From assembly GCA_963921275.4 (NCBI GenBank), contig OZ001293.3, forward strand, positions 3,680,001 to 3,744,000: a DNA stretch of 64,000 nt, given 5' to 3'. A program made the position numbers and the translations under genes. The notes under the pieces were generated by a model. It saw nothing but the letters and a program-made list of their open reading frames with translations. It did not search any database and was not told the origin of the DNA. This stretch comes from an uncultured Hormoscilla sp. GTDB taxonomy: Bacteria; Cyanobacteriota; Cyanobacteriia; Cyanobacteriales; Desertifilaceae. This document shows, piece after piece, positions 11,703 through 22,322 of the stretch. The stretch's first letter is position 1; each line of letters begins with the position of its first letter.

Positions 11703-13158
11703 ATGATGTGACTATAGAATTGGTTGTCACTTCACTCAAATGTACTACCCAGCTTGGCTGAATTCCTAATATGACGATCGCCGCTGCTAGGGCGATCGCC
11801 GGGAGATGGTCGGACCACTGCACTGGCGGCAAGTTTTCTACCATCTGGGACAAGCGTCCGAAGAAGGCCCGGTTCACCAACAGCAAAAAGTAGACAGCGG
11901 TTAACCCCGTACCCACCATGCACAGCAGGGTTTGAGTGGGGAATATGGGAAAACTGCCCCGAAACACTAAAAATTCTGAAATAAAGCCTACCATGCCGGG
12001 GATGCCTGAACTGGCCATGACGCTCAAAATCATTAAACTGCCAGTCACGGGCAAACCCCGTTCTGGGTTGAGGAGTCCTTTGAGGGCTGTGATATCCCGA
12101 CTACCAGTTTTCTTATAGACTACGCCCACCAAGATAAACAGCAGCCCTGATATTAATCCGTGGCTGATCATTTGCAGGACTGTTGATAATAAGCTGAGGG
12201 GGGTGGCGGCGGCACCAGCTAACAGTATATAAGCCATGTGGGCAATGGAGCTAAAGGCGACCATTTTTTTCATGTCTGTTTGGGCGATCGCGCTCAAGGC
12301 CCCGTACAGGGCGCTGACCACGGCCCAAGTTGCCAACCAGGGAGCTAAATTAGCCCATGCATCTGGAAATAGTTCTAATCCAAATCTGAGCAGACCGTAA
12401 GTTCCCAGCTTCAACAATACTCCAGCGAGCAGTACCGAAATTGGTGTACTAGCTTCTACATGGGCATCTGGCAACCAGGTATGGAAGGGCACTAGGGGAA
12501 TTTTAATCCCAAAGGCCACCAGTATCCCCCCTAGCAGCAGCAGTTGGGTTCCCAGGGGTAAAGCTGCCGCCATCTGCGGGTTGTAGGCAAAGCTGTTGGC
12601 ACCAGAAAGCCAGACGAGGCCCAAAAATGACGCTAGCAGGAAAATTCCCGATACTGCGGTATAGATGAGAAACTTGGTTGCTGCATAGCCTCGGCGCTTG
12701 CCCCCCCAGATGGCGATCAAGAAATATAGGGGGATGATTTCTATCTCGTAGAACAGGAAAAACAGCAGGTAATCCTGGGCTAGGAATGCACCGGCTACGC
12801 TGGCATTCAACAGCAGGACGAGTACGTAATAGAACCGGGGACGACTGATTTCCGAGTCCGTACAGAATAGGGCGATCGCCGTCAGCAGACCGTTGAGCAC
12901 CAATAAGGGGAGTGACAGACCATCTACTCCCAGACTGTAGCTCAGACCCAGGGCCTCTATCCAGGGTATGGACTCTGTAAATTGCAACTCCGGGATCGTC
13001 CGGTCAAACTGACTTAGCAGCACGATCGTCCAGATAAAGACGCTGATGGCAACGAACAGCGCTATGGAACGCGATCGCCCGGGACTGAGGGAACCGGGCC
13101 AGAACCCGAGCAAAACGGCACCTATTACCGGCACCCATATCAAACCACTACTGAGCAT
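11689..13158 (-). CDS. ndhD4: NAD(P)H-quinone oxidoreductase subunit D4
   Basis: NuoM-family motifs PFHTWLPDAHVEASTP, LLKLGTYG, GLLNPERGLP; directly upstream of cupB. Confidence 0.85.
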   Translation of the reverse strand: MLSSGLIWVPVIGAVLLGFWPGSLSPGRSRSIALFVAISVFIWTIVLLSQFDRTIPELQFTESIPWIEALGLSYSLGVDGLSLPLLVLNGLLTAIALFCTDSEISRPRFYYVLVLLLNASVAGAFLAQDYLLFFLFYEIEIIPLYFLIAIWGGKRRGYAATKFLIYTAVSGIFLLASFLGLVWLSGANSFAYNPQMAAALPLGTQLLLLGGILVAFGIKIPLVPFHTWLPDAHVEASTPISVLLAGVLLKLGTYGLLRFGLELFPDAWANLAPWLATWAVVSALYGALSAIAQTDMKKMVAFSSIAHMAYILLAGAAATPLSLLSTVLQMISHGLISGLLFILVGVVYKKTGSRDITALKGLLNPERGLPVTGSLMILSVMASSGIPGMVGFISEFLVFRGSFPIFPTQTLLCMVGTGLTAVYFLLLVNRAFFGRLSQMVENLPPVQWSDHLPAIALAAAIVILGIQPSWVVHLSEVTTNSIVTSFANL

Positions 13159-13377
13159 TTACTCTTGTAGCTCCTTTCTTGAAATTCATCTTTTGGTTAA
13201 CCACCTATCCGACCATGACAGGCGGGGACGATCATCGGACGGTGACAAGCGTCTCGCCTGTCGGGCGGTGACAGGTTTCTCGCCCGTCCTACGGATTTTA
13301 CGCGGTATAGGTTTAATTTTTCCAATCCTACCTCTAATCGATCGCCCGCTCTCAAAGATAAAAATTATCTCAAAATA

Positions 13378-13818
13378 TTAATTATCTGCTTCTGGCAACC
13401 AATCTTCATCTAACACCAGAGCGAGGGCATAGGGACAGTCTTCTGGGAATACTTCTAGTGGCATTTCTGTCTGTTTGGCAGCTTGGCGACGCGCCCGTTG
13501 ATAACTTTGTTTTAGCTGATCTGCTGGATAGCTTCTCAGACTGGGACTATCGGCGATCGCCAGATATATCTGAGTCCTAGCATCGGTAATGGAATCTAGC
13601 CAGCTATCCGATCGACGCTGAGGTTGATATTGCCACTTTAACAGATGTAGCAGCAGGCGAGTCAATTGGCTGGCCACTCCTCGCCGTTCGCTCTTCCCCA
13701 AGTCTTCAACCTCCTCTATCAGATGCTGTAGGTCAAGATCGTGCCAGCGACGCGATCGCAAGAGTTGGGCTGTCTGTTGTACCCACTCATTAAAGTCAGT
13801 TGTGTAGGTTGTCTCCAC
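13378..13818 (-). CDS. DUF29 domain protein
   Basis: [49 protein letters not shown]. Confidence 0.9.
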   Translation of the reverse strand: METTYTTDFNEWVQQTAQLLRSRRWHDLDLQHLIEEVEDLGKSERRGVASQLTRLLLHLLKWQYQPQRRSDSWLDSITDARTQIYLAIADSPSLRSYPADQLKQSYQRARRQAAKQTEMPLEVFPEDCPYALALVLDEDWLPEADN

Positions 13819-13867
13819 GATTTGACTGTTATGATTTACAATGAAGCTATGATATCATTTTGCCGAC

Positions 13868-14530
13868 ATGACTGTTACCCTGATTGACGAGTATTTAGCC
13901 TCCTAGTCCCCCGGTTTCAAAAAGATTGAGTTAATGGACGGAAAGCTGATTGTGGGCGATCGCCTGGCCCACAGTCGCCTGTTACTGAGTCATATTCTCC
14001 GGGGCTGGGGTACGGAAGCTGTGGTAGCATTAGCACTGGAATTGCTCTGGTGGCAGGCCCTAACCCATAGCTTTGATGCACCGATGATAACTGCCGAAGA
14101 TGCAGCGATGGGCAGCAGAGGTTACTTTCGATCCCTCTATTCCTCAGCATGGCGAGACGTGGTGCTGGACTTATTCCCAACTGCGGCAAAGTCTGTACCT
14201 GTCTCTGTTTGGCTTGGGTATGCGATCGCATCAACTAGGGCGTACTCTCGGTGGCGGTTTTGTCAATAAGTTAGATCCAGATGCCGTGATGCCAGATGTT
14301 TTGTTTTGGCGAGGAGAACCGCGCAACCGCTTGTAGGAATATTATCTGGACGGACCCGCCGAACTGATTGTAGAATTTATCCAACCGGGCTGTGAGGAGT
14401 ACGTGCGTCAGGTGAAGCGATCGCGCTACCGAGCAGCAGGAGTACCGGAATTTTGGATTATAGATCCCGAACATCAGCAGATGGAACTGCTGCGCTTGGT
14501 TGAGGGTAGCTACCAGCGACAAACTCTTGA
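13868..14530 (+). pseudogene. Uma2-family (DUF820-like) endonuclease pseudogene, truncated
   Basis: Fragments ELMDGKLIVG, VMPDVLF, YYLDGPAELIVE, YRAAGVPEFWIIDP with stops and frameshifts. Confidence 0.7.
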
Positions 14531-14878
14531 TGAGGATGAATAAGTCCGGAGTGCGGTTGCGCAGTTCCCCCCGGTGGCGAAACTCAGTCTCTAACCGCTG
14601 GTTGACTTGCTTGGTGCAATCGCCCCGCACCCCCAGATTATAAATAACGTGACCAGCACTATCTGCGGTGTCTCCTAGGTGGTGCGATGTCTTCTGGGAG
14701 CGCTAGTCGCACCACACTGCGGCGACATCCAGCGGCGCCGCAGTCGTTCCACCCAGCCTCCGCCTTCATGGTCCCCGAAGCCGTACACTAAGCTATCCCC
14801 CAATGCCACTATCTTCAGGGGATGATGAGCCGTTGGTGAATGCATCTGATTGCAAGAATGAGCCACTGACTTGTACAT
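14525..14878 (-). pseudogene. GDSL/SGNH lipase pseudogene
   Basis: KIVALGDSLVYGFGD...GGWVERLRR and YNLGVRGD...RLETEFRHRGELRN; broken by a hairpin insertion at ~14665-14720 and truncated 3'. Confidence 0.8.
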
Positions 14879-15052
14879 GTAAATAGATCGTGTAAACTAT
14901 CTTTAGCTTCTTTACATTTGTACATCTTTAATGGTAGTCTGGCCATAGGCCAGGCCATGAGTGGCCCGATCGGTCACCAATCCCCAGTACCCAATACAGC
15001 CAAAGGGTGATAAACTAGATCCAGCAAGTCAATCAGAAAACCAGTTAATTCT

Positions 15053-15280
15053 ATGCGCAAGCGTTCTGTCGTTGATAGCGCTGAACTGATCGGTCGGAGC
15101 TCCGAACTGATCGGTGCGGCCTCCAATCGCTACCGGATTACCGTACAAGTGGCTCGCCGCGCCCATCGTCGGCGCTATGAAGATTTTGATAGTCTGGAAG
15201 AACCCAAGACGAAGCCTGTTCTCCAGGCTATAATCGAGATGTCTGACGAGTTAAGCGAACCGGAAATAATTCGAGAGTGA
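15053..15280 (+). CDS. rpoZ: RNA polymerase omega subunit (cyanobacterial type)
   Basis: [23 protein letters not shown]...[14 protein letters not shown]. Confidence 0.9.
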   Translation: MRKRSVVDSAELIGRSSELIGAASNRYRITVQVARRAHRRRYEDFDSLEEPKTKPVLQAIIEMSDELSEPEIIRE

Positions 15281-15403
15281 ATAGTGACCACCTACCATGC
15301 CGTGACTAGCATAATTTCAGGCGATCATCATATCTGGCTAGATAGATGATCTAGCGCTAAGGGCACTAGCTGCTGCGCAGCACTTCGTCTAGCCAGCAAC
15401 GCC

Positions 15404-16026
15404 ATGAAACGCAAGGTCGCAACCATCATCCCGAAAATATGCAACACCATACTCTCAAGAACAGTTTACTACCCGCAGCAGCCCTGGCATTCGGGTTAAC
15501 CTTTGTCCGAACCAGTCCCTTTGATAGTTTCGGACAGGATCGGGCAGCAGCGCAAGTGCGGATCAGACCGAGTTAGGTTTGGCGCGTAGTCTATGAAAAA
15601 TTGCCAGACTTACCTAAAGAAAATCACTATCTCAGCAGGGAAACGGGTGAGGTGGATGTAGATAATACCTTAATCAGACGCATGCTCCGGTATCACATAT
15701 ACGTCAAAAGTCGCCTCCCTAATTATCGCTTAGATTGGAAGCTGACTCTGGCTGATTATCTAGATGCCAATGAAGTTATCAGTGAATCGATCTATCTGGG
15801 TCATGACCTGTTGCGCGAAAATCCCAGGGATGGAGATAAAGCGGCGATATCTGGCTTAAATAGACAACAGCGAGATGCTTTGGTCGAAGTGTTGGTGAGC
15901 ATCTATAATCCCAATTACTCAAGAGATCTGGCACCGAGGCAATCGCCAGCGCCTGATTGGGCACCTGTTCTGTCTCGACCGCCAGTTCAGCCTCAACCAG
16001 GAGACGCCCAACTATTAATACCTTAG
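15404..16026 (+). pseudogene. Conserved cyanobacterial hypothetical protein, probable pseudogene
   Basis: RIRPS*VWRVVYEKLPDLPKENHY: in-frame TAG at ~15574 before the conserved-looking body (YRLDWKLTLADYL); start uncertain. Confidence 0.55.
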
Positions 16027-16379
16027 TGGTCAGAGTTCGTTTGTAGCACTACTGATTCTAGCTCAATCGATAAGTCGATTAGCAATCTGACATGGTTGAG
16101 TGTGGCAGCAATATCCCCTTTCGCGAGAATACAACTATAGCGGAGAATAGAGTCTAGTGGATGTTGCCATTGCATCCACAGCTGTCCTTTGATGATCTTG
16201 GTAGTGATTAACCAGTCTCTATATCGACATCGTGGCAGCTGGATGTCAATGGGAGTAAATGCAGAAGATCGCATTGCTGATTGAGATGTATCAGATAGTA
16301 ACATCATTACTGTCATAAAACTCGATATTCCGATCTTCCCGTGAAACTCTGTAGCCAGTGGTGATTGAACTGAGGGCAT
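16023..16379 (-). CDS. Hypothetical protein
   Basis: 118-aa ATG ORF; no family recognised. Confidence 0.4.
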   Translation of the reverse strand: MPSVQSPLATEFHGKIGISSFMTVMMLLSDTSQSAMRSSAFTPIDIQLPRCRYRDWLITTKIIKGQLWMQWQHPLDSILRYSCILAKGDIAATLNHVRLLIDLSIELESVVLQTNSDH

Positions 16380-16757
16380 AAGGGTGATAATTCTCAGGGA
16401 CAGAGGTGAGCTGAAAATGAATCCCTTGTGATCGACCGTAAGTAAGCTGGGTGAGTAGAGTCACGGACCGCTAAGCTCGATCGCAGTCCAACCGGTAGCG
16501 GTAAAGTAGCAGTCCCATCCGCCTAGAGCGTCGGTCCAGTAGAGGGGGTTGACAAAAAAACAAAATGTGTATATACTAAAAATATTTTTAAATATCTAGA
16601 CAGGAGTACACATATGCCTCCAGTCCCCTGGAATCACCCAATTGAACTTTCATCTTCGGAGCAGCAAGTGGCCAAAGGAATACGAAAAGCTAAACTATTC
16701 CTACTTTTAAGGGAGATTCGTCATGAATTATTTGACGAGAAGTTTCAATTTGAACTA

Positions 16758-17619
16758 GGGCGTGTCATCAGTTAGAAGAAGAGAGGATAGAATAGATGAA
16801 CTGAAGAAAAGGAAAGAGACAGAAAAATAGATATGCACCCTTGAATGACCAGTGGGAAAAAATCAAGGATTTCCTACCGGGAAGAGAAGGCCATGTAGTC
16901 CGAACAGCAAAAAATAATCGACTATTTGTGGAAGCAGTGCTGTATCGGTACAAAGCGGGAATCCCGTGTCCAGACTTACCCGAGAGATTTGGAGACTAAC
17001 GAGATGTACATACGAGGTTTAGCCGAGGGAACAAAAACAGAGTGTGGGAAAAGATCTTCTTTGTGTTGGCGGAAGATGCAGATAACGAGTATGGAATGAT
17101 TGATGCCACAATAGTCAGAGCCTATCAACACAGTGCCGGTGCGCCAAAAAAAAGAATCCTCTGTCGCCAGGAGTCTGAACACAATAACGACCAAGCCATT
17201 GGTAGAAGTCTCCTCCGATTAAGTACTTTGATTCATACCACTTATGACGCTCTTTTTAATCCGGAGGCTTCTTTTTGACAGTCCGACAAGCCCACGAGCT
17301 CGATAGCGCAGATGTCCTGCGCCATCGAGCTTGAAGCTTCCGCCATGTTGGCTTCTAAGGCTGATGATGCTGATGAACGAGTCCGTCAGAAACTTCACCC
17401 TCTTTGTTCCATAGCGGTTATTCCCTCTCAGGGGAACCGGAAAGAACCTCACTCCTACGATCGGCATCTCTACAAAGCTCGCCATCTGCGCCAAAAACTT
17501 TTTTGCCAATCTTATGCTGTATCTTGCTATTGCCACCCGTTACGATCAAACCGCTCGCAATTTTTTAGGGGCGATTTATCTGGTGGCTTGTGTCATCTGG
17601 CTTAACTGATGACACGCCC
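16758..17619 (+). mobile_element. IS5-family (IS427-like) element, degraded
   Basis: TIR GGGCGTGTCATCAGTTA, CTAG context at both ends; DQWEKIKDFLPG, DADNEYGMIDAT. Confidence 0.85.
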
Positions 17620-18429
17620 TAGCAAGCATATTTAAAGACAGCTCGGTGGGAAAATATCCAGTCCCACCAGCCCGACTAGCATTGGCTATAATTTTACAGG
17701 CTGAAACCGGTGTATCAGATGATGAACTCATAGAAGCCTTGATTATGGACAGACGGTGACAATTGGCGCCCTTACTGCCTAGATTCTGAGCAAGCACCCT
17801 TTGGTAAAGGTACCCTTGTGAGGTTCCGTGCGGCCTTAATTGCCTCCGAAGGGGAATCTAATGTAACGCACGCGCTCGCCTCGGATTTAGAAGCGCCAAA
17901 AGTGACATTAACAGAATTACATATAGACCGAGGATATCTGAACAGTCATTTTGTTCAAGAAGGCGATAAAAATTTGACAATAATTTATAAGGCTTGGTCA
18001 GAGGGTAAATATTTTGAGAAAACAGCTTTTATTCTTAACTGGGAAGACAAATTAATTAGTTGTCCCAATGGAGTTAGCATTCCTTTTGATGAGGGAAAAC
18101 GGGTTCAGTTCAAGAGCGATATGTGTAAAATTTGTCCTTGACGTTCTCAATGCACTACTAACGCAAAAGGTCGCACGGTTTCTATTCATCCGGATGAATC
18201 TCTTTTGCTTGAACGACGTGAAAGGCAAACCTCAACATATGGTCGAGCCAAACTGCTTTCTTCGAGTAACCGTAGAACATAGTCTTGCTCACATCGGCCA
18301 GTGGCAGGGTGTGAGCGCGCGAGAGGATGGGAGTCCGTAAGAACCTCTTCGATCTACGACGTCTGGCTGTTGTTCATAATCTTCATGTTTTGGCAAGGAT
18401 ACCTGCAACAACTCAAGAGACAACTGCAT

Positions 18430-20807
18430 GTGCGATTCGTTTATTGTAAACTGACTTGAAACAGGTCAAGAAAGGGAATCACTAGCAGGGTTCCATTAGC
18501 CCTGACAACTTTTAGATGATGGTGGTGAAAGCCCACCCCTCCAGGTGCTCTCGTGACAGCACTTACCCCACGGTAGCGATGGCATCAATCCGTGAAGCGG
18601 GTATGAAAGGCGCACTGACTGGTAGTCCAAACTGGTTATCGTCAAGCAAGTAGCCATGATGAGCGTAAGTTAAGACTCATAAGTGTCGTTAGTGTCAACC
18701 ACTGTAATAAGGCTGACACACTGGCCCAAAAAGGGAAAGGATAATGGTCATTGGCGTAAGTGCAGACGACCAATAAGCACTGACAATAAACCCGGCATAT
18801 AGAGTCCATCTAAAGCTACGACCAATCATCTAGAGGAACGAAATAAACCAGATACAAACTCTCTATCACCGGTCGATAGATAGAGTAGTCACCAAAGACG
18901 TAACATCTGCTCACATTTGGCAGGTTGTATTTGGGAAAGATTTCGTGGAGAAGCAAACGGCCACTGGTAATAGGTGGTATACGCTGACGCCCTCACGGTA
19001 ATGTCAAGAGTAAAGCGGTGAGTAGTAATGAAACGTCATAGACACGAGAAATCGATGGATGAATGGAAGACGATACCCTGGCGAAAGCTGGAACGTTTAG
19101 TCTTTAAGTTACAAAAGCGGATTTACAAAGCGGCACAACGTGGCGACAAGCGAATGGTTCGCAGACTCCAGAGGTTACTGGTAAGCTCCCAGGCTGCCAA
19201 GAAACTAGCGGTACGGCGGGTAACACAAGACAACCAGGGAAAGAATACTGCTGGTGTGGATGGTGTAAAAACGCTGAACCCAAGGCAGCGCTTAGAACTG
19301 GTAGGACGGATCAAAATCTCGAACAAGGCTAGACCCGCACGGCGAGTGTGGATACCGAAACCAGGGAGAGACGAAAAGCGTCCATTGGGAATACCGACGA
19401 TGCACGACCGCGCAGCACAGGGGTTACTGAAGATAGCGCACTTATCCTGAATGGGAGGCGTACTTTGAAGGTAATTCTTACGGCTTTAGGCCAGGGAGAG
19501 GATGTCATGACGCAATCGGAGCAATATTCAATAGCATCTGTAGAAAACCTAAATGGGTATTAGATGCCGATATAGCAAAATGCTTCGACAGAATTGACCA
19601 CCAAGCGTTGATGGACAAATTGAATACGACATCACCAATCCGCAAACAAATACGGGCATGGCTAAAAGCCGGGGTGATGGAGAAAAGAAGTTTGTACCCA
19701 ACTGATGAGGGTACTCCTCAAGGAGGAGTGATATCCCCATTACTGGCGAATATAGCCCTACATGGACTAGAGGAAACAGTGATGGAAATGGGAAAGACGC
19801 AAAGTGAAAAGCGTAAATTGGCGGTAGTCAGATACGCCGACAACCTTGTGGTAATTCATGAGGAAAGAAAGAAGATAGAAGAAGCACAAGTGGTCATAGC
19901 GGAGTGGCTAAAAGAAGTTGGATTAGAACTTAAACCAGAGAAAACCCAAATAGCACATACGCTGAATGGAGATGATCCAGGATTTGACTTCCTAGGATTC
20001 AACGTAAGGCAATATGTGGTAAGTAAGAACAGAAGTGGTAAGAATCAACATGGAAAAGTTCTAGGCTTCAAAACCCTAATCAAACCCAGTAAAAAGTCCA
20101 TAGGGAAGCATAAAGAAAGGTTATCAGAAGTGGTAACAAGCCATAAATCAGCTCCTCAAGAAGCCTTAATCAGGAAACTGAACCCTATAATACGGGGATG
20201 GGCTAACTATTTTAGGACAGGAGTGAGTAAGGAAACTTACAGTGAGATGGACAACTACTTGTGGAACATCCTGTGGCAATGGGCTAGCAGAAGACACCCG
20301 AATAAGTCGAGACACTGGATAGCCAGGAGATACTGGTCCATAGGCGAAGATGGACACTGGAGATTTAGATGCAAGATGGAAAAGGGTGAAATTTCACTAA
20401 TAAAACACACGAGTGTAGAAATAGAAAGACATGTAAAGGTGAAAGATAAGGCTAGCCCATATGATGGGAACCTCACTTATTGGAGTACGAGATTAGGTAG
20501 AAACCCGGAAGTGAATGATAGAGAAGCAAGACTACTCAAGAAGCAGAAGGGGAAATGCCAACACTGTGAACAAATATTCAAAGACGGAGACAACTGGGAG
20601 GTAGACCACATCAAGCCACTCTCATTAGGTGGCAAAGACGAATGGAAAAACTTAGAGTTGTTACACAAACATTGCCACGATACAAAGACTGCCAGTGATG
20701 GTAGTAGCCGTGCCCATGACAAGGGTGGCGTTACTGAGGATGAGGTGAAAGTCTCACGTCCGGTTTTGAAGACGAGTCGGTACGGTGACGTACTGGCTTA
20801 GTTTAAT
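18430..20807 (+). mobile_element. Group II intron with RT/maturase/HNH ORF, decayed
   Basis: 5' GTGCGATTCG; DV/DVI-like 3' end GAGGTGAAAGTCTCACGTCCGGTTTTGAAGACGAG...TTTAAT; inserted within the TAA of the host transposase. Confidence 0.88.
19028..20801 (+). pseudogene. ltrA: Group II intron reverse transcriptase/maturase with HNH domain, frameshifted
   Basis: TAGVDG, RPLGIPTMHDRA, GTPQGGVISPLLANIAL, YADN in place of YADD, LNPIIRGWANYF, HNH (EVDHIKP...LLHKHCHD); frameshift near 19437. Confidence 0.85.
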
Positions 20808-20922
20808 AAATTTTGAGCCTTGGTTACTATTTATCATATTTACATTTATTTGTCAATGACTTCTAGTGGACCGGCGCTCTAGATCCTAAAGGGCAATTAC
20901 TAGTATTGGGAAGGGGAAATCT

Positions 20923-21288
20923 ATGGAACGTATAATCAAGAGTGGCACGGGTTGGCGCATCGGCAGGAATATGGCAGCATCTGAACATCAGGGTTTATTG
21001 GGTGGCGATAACTGGGCGTGCGAACTGACTCAGGCGGAATGGCAGGACTTTGGCCGGTTACTAGACCAGCTGTCCGAAAGCATGAACCAGATGGCCTATC
21101 TGCTGATGGAGTCCGAAAAAATTACCTGCCAAGCCCAAAGCGATTTACTCTGGATGGAGGTCTCTGGCTATCCTGACGCCTACAGTCTTCGCTTTATCTT
21201 GAATGCGGGGCGCCGGTGCGAGGGGGAATGGTCGCCGTCGGTAGTTCCAGATTTAATTCGAGAAATTCAGAAAATTAATGTTTTCTAA
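20923..21288 (+). CDS. DUF1818 family protein
   Basis: RIIKSGTGWRIG, GLLGGDNWACELT, GRRCEGEW. Confidence 0.8.
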   Translation: MERIIKSGTGWRIGRNMAASEHQGLLGGDNWACELTQAEWQDFGRLLDQLSESMNQMAYLLMESEKITCQAQSDLLWMEVSGYPDAYSLRFILNAGRRCEGEWSPSVVPDLIREIQKINVF

Positions 21289-21320
21289 TCGCGATCTCTG
21301 TGTTAGGATGTTAGATATGT

Positions 21321-21394
21321 CGGGGCGTAGCGCAGCTTGGTAGCGCACCACTTTGGGGTAGTGGGGGTCGTGGGTTCAAATCCCGCCGCTCCGA
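21321..21394 (+). tRNA. trnP: tRNA-Pro(GGG)
   Basis: CGGGGCG acceptor stem, anticodon arm CCACT-TTGGGGT-AGTGG, T arm GGTTCAAATCC; CCA not encoded. Confidence 0.95.
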
Positions 21395-21417
21395 TGGTCA
21401 TAGAGAACCGGTGATAG

Positions 21418-21450
21418 AGTCCGCTGACCGCTAGGTTAGCGGACTTTTTT
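21418..21450 (+). terminator. Intrinsic terminator after tRNA-Pro
   Basis: AGTCCGCTGACC-GCTA-GGTTAGCGGACT followed by a T run. Confidence 0.75.
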
Positions 21451-21559
21451 GGCGATCTGCTATAGTGCGATCGCATCTGTTAGCAGATTATATGGAATCC
21501 GGTTAATCAGACATTGCAATTAGCTCGCTATGGCTGCGCCACGCTACGCGATCGGCCAC

Positions 21560-22320
21560 CAGTGAAATTGAGTCAGTGCCCGCCTCGGGCTGATTGATGA
21601 GCTGGCGACAACGCTCGCAGATGACCTCTTTGAGTTCCTCCAAAGAATCGAACACCCGATTCATTATTGCCTCCGAAACGCACTGGCCATAGCTTCTCGG
21701 CTGGTTGTAATTCTGGAGAATATGCTGGGAGGAACTCTTTGAACAAACCTGGCGGGATTTCGAGCTTCTGTGTAGTGTGCCATCCCGCTCGCTCTAGCAC
21801 CAGCAGCGCTGGATGCTCCTCATCAATGCCTTGCGCCTGCGCAAAAGCTTCGAGAATACGACTGATGATTTCCGTCTCCACTCCCTCGAAGAGCCACCAT
21901 TCACTCTCGCCGCTACTCGGTTCGACAAAGCTATAGACCCAGCACCATCTCTTACGCCAGTATAGGGACTAGTTGTTTATCGGGTCGGCCTGTTCGTCTG
22001 GCTTCCGACCACCAGGCAAACTAATCTCGACGAAGTACAGGGTTTAAGCCCGCACGCGTTGCTCGTCCATAGTCCAAAGTCGTACGAGTTTACCTAGCTC
22101 GGTAAAAAATGCCTCTTTACGCTCTCGAAGTTTTTTTTCCACTCCTGCTGTTCAAGCTCGTCTGCTTCCCTGTGCTCAGGACGGAGCACTTTGATGTTGT
22201 AGAGGAGCCCAGATTCGATCTTCCCATCCCCGCTGCGGTGCCACTGGACTAGTAGCTCGCTCATCCACATAGCCACCTTCGGTCCGGTCCATATCATTCT
22301 CTTTTACCAAGGAAAACTTT
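21560..22320 (-). pseudogene. IS630-family transposase fragment
   Basis: WTGPKVA, VLERAGWH, FLPAYSPELQPAEKLW. Confidence 0.8.
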
Positions 22321-22322
22321 TT

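Larger units (their letters stand above)
16523..20882 (+). mobile_element. IS1182-like element hosting an IS5 copy and a group II intron
   Basis: TIR CTAGAGCGTCGGTCCAGTAG at 16523 and inverted at 20863-20882; transposase remnants 16614-18429 homologous to 1914-3637. Confidence 0.75.

Noticed and set aside
19028..20801. Possible DGR or retron reverse transcriptase
   Set aside because: Has maturase and HNH domains and intron boundaries; no template/variable repeat pair or msr-msd seen.
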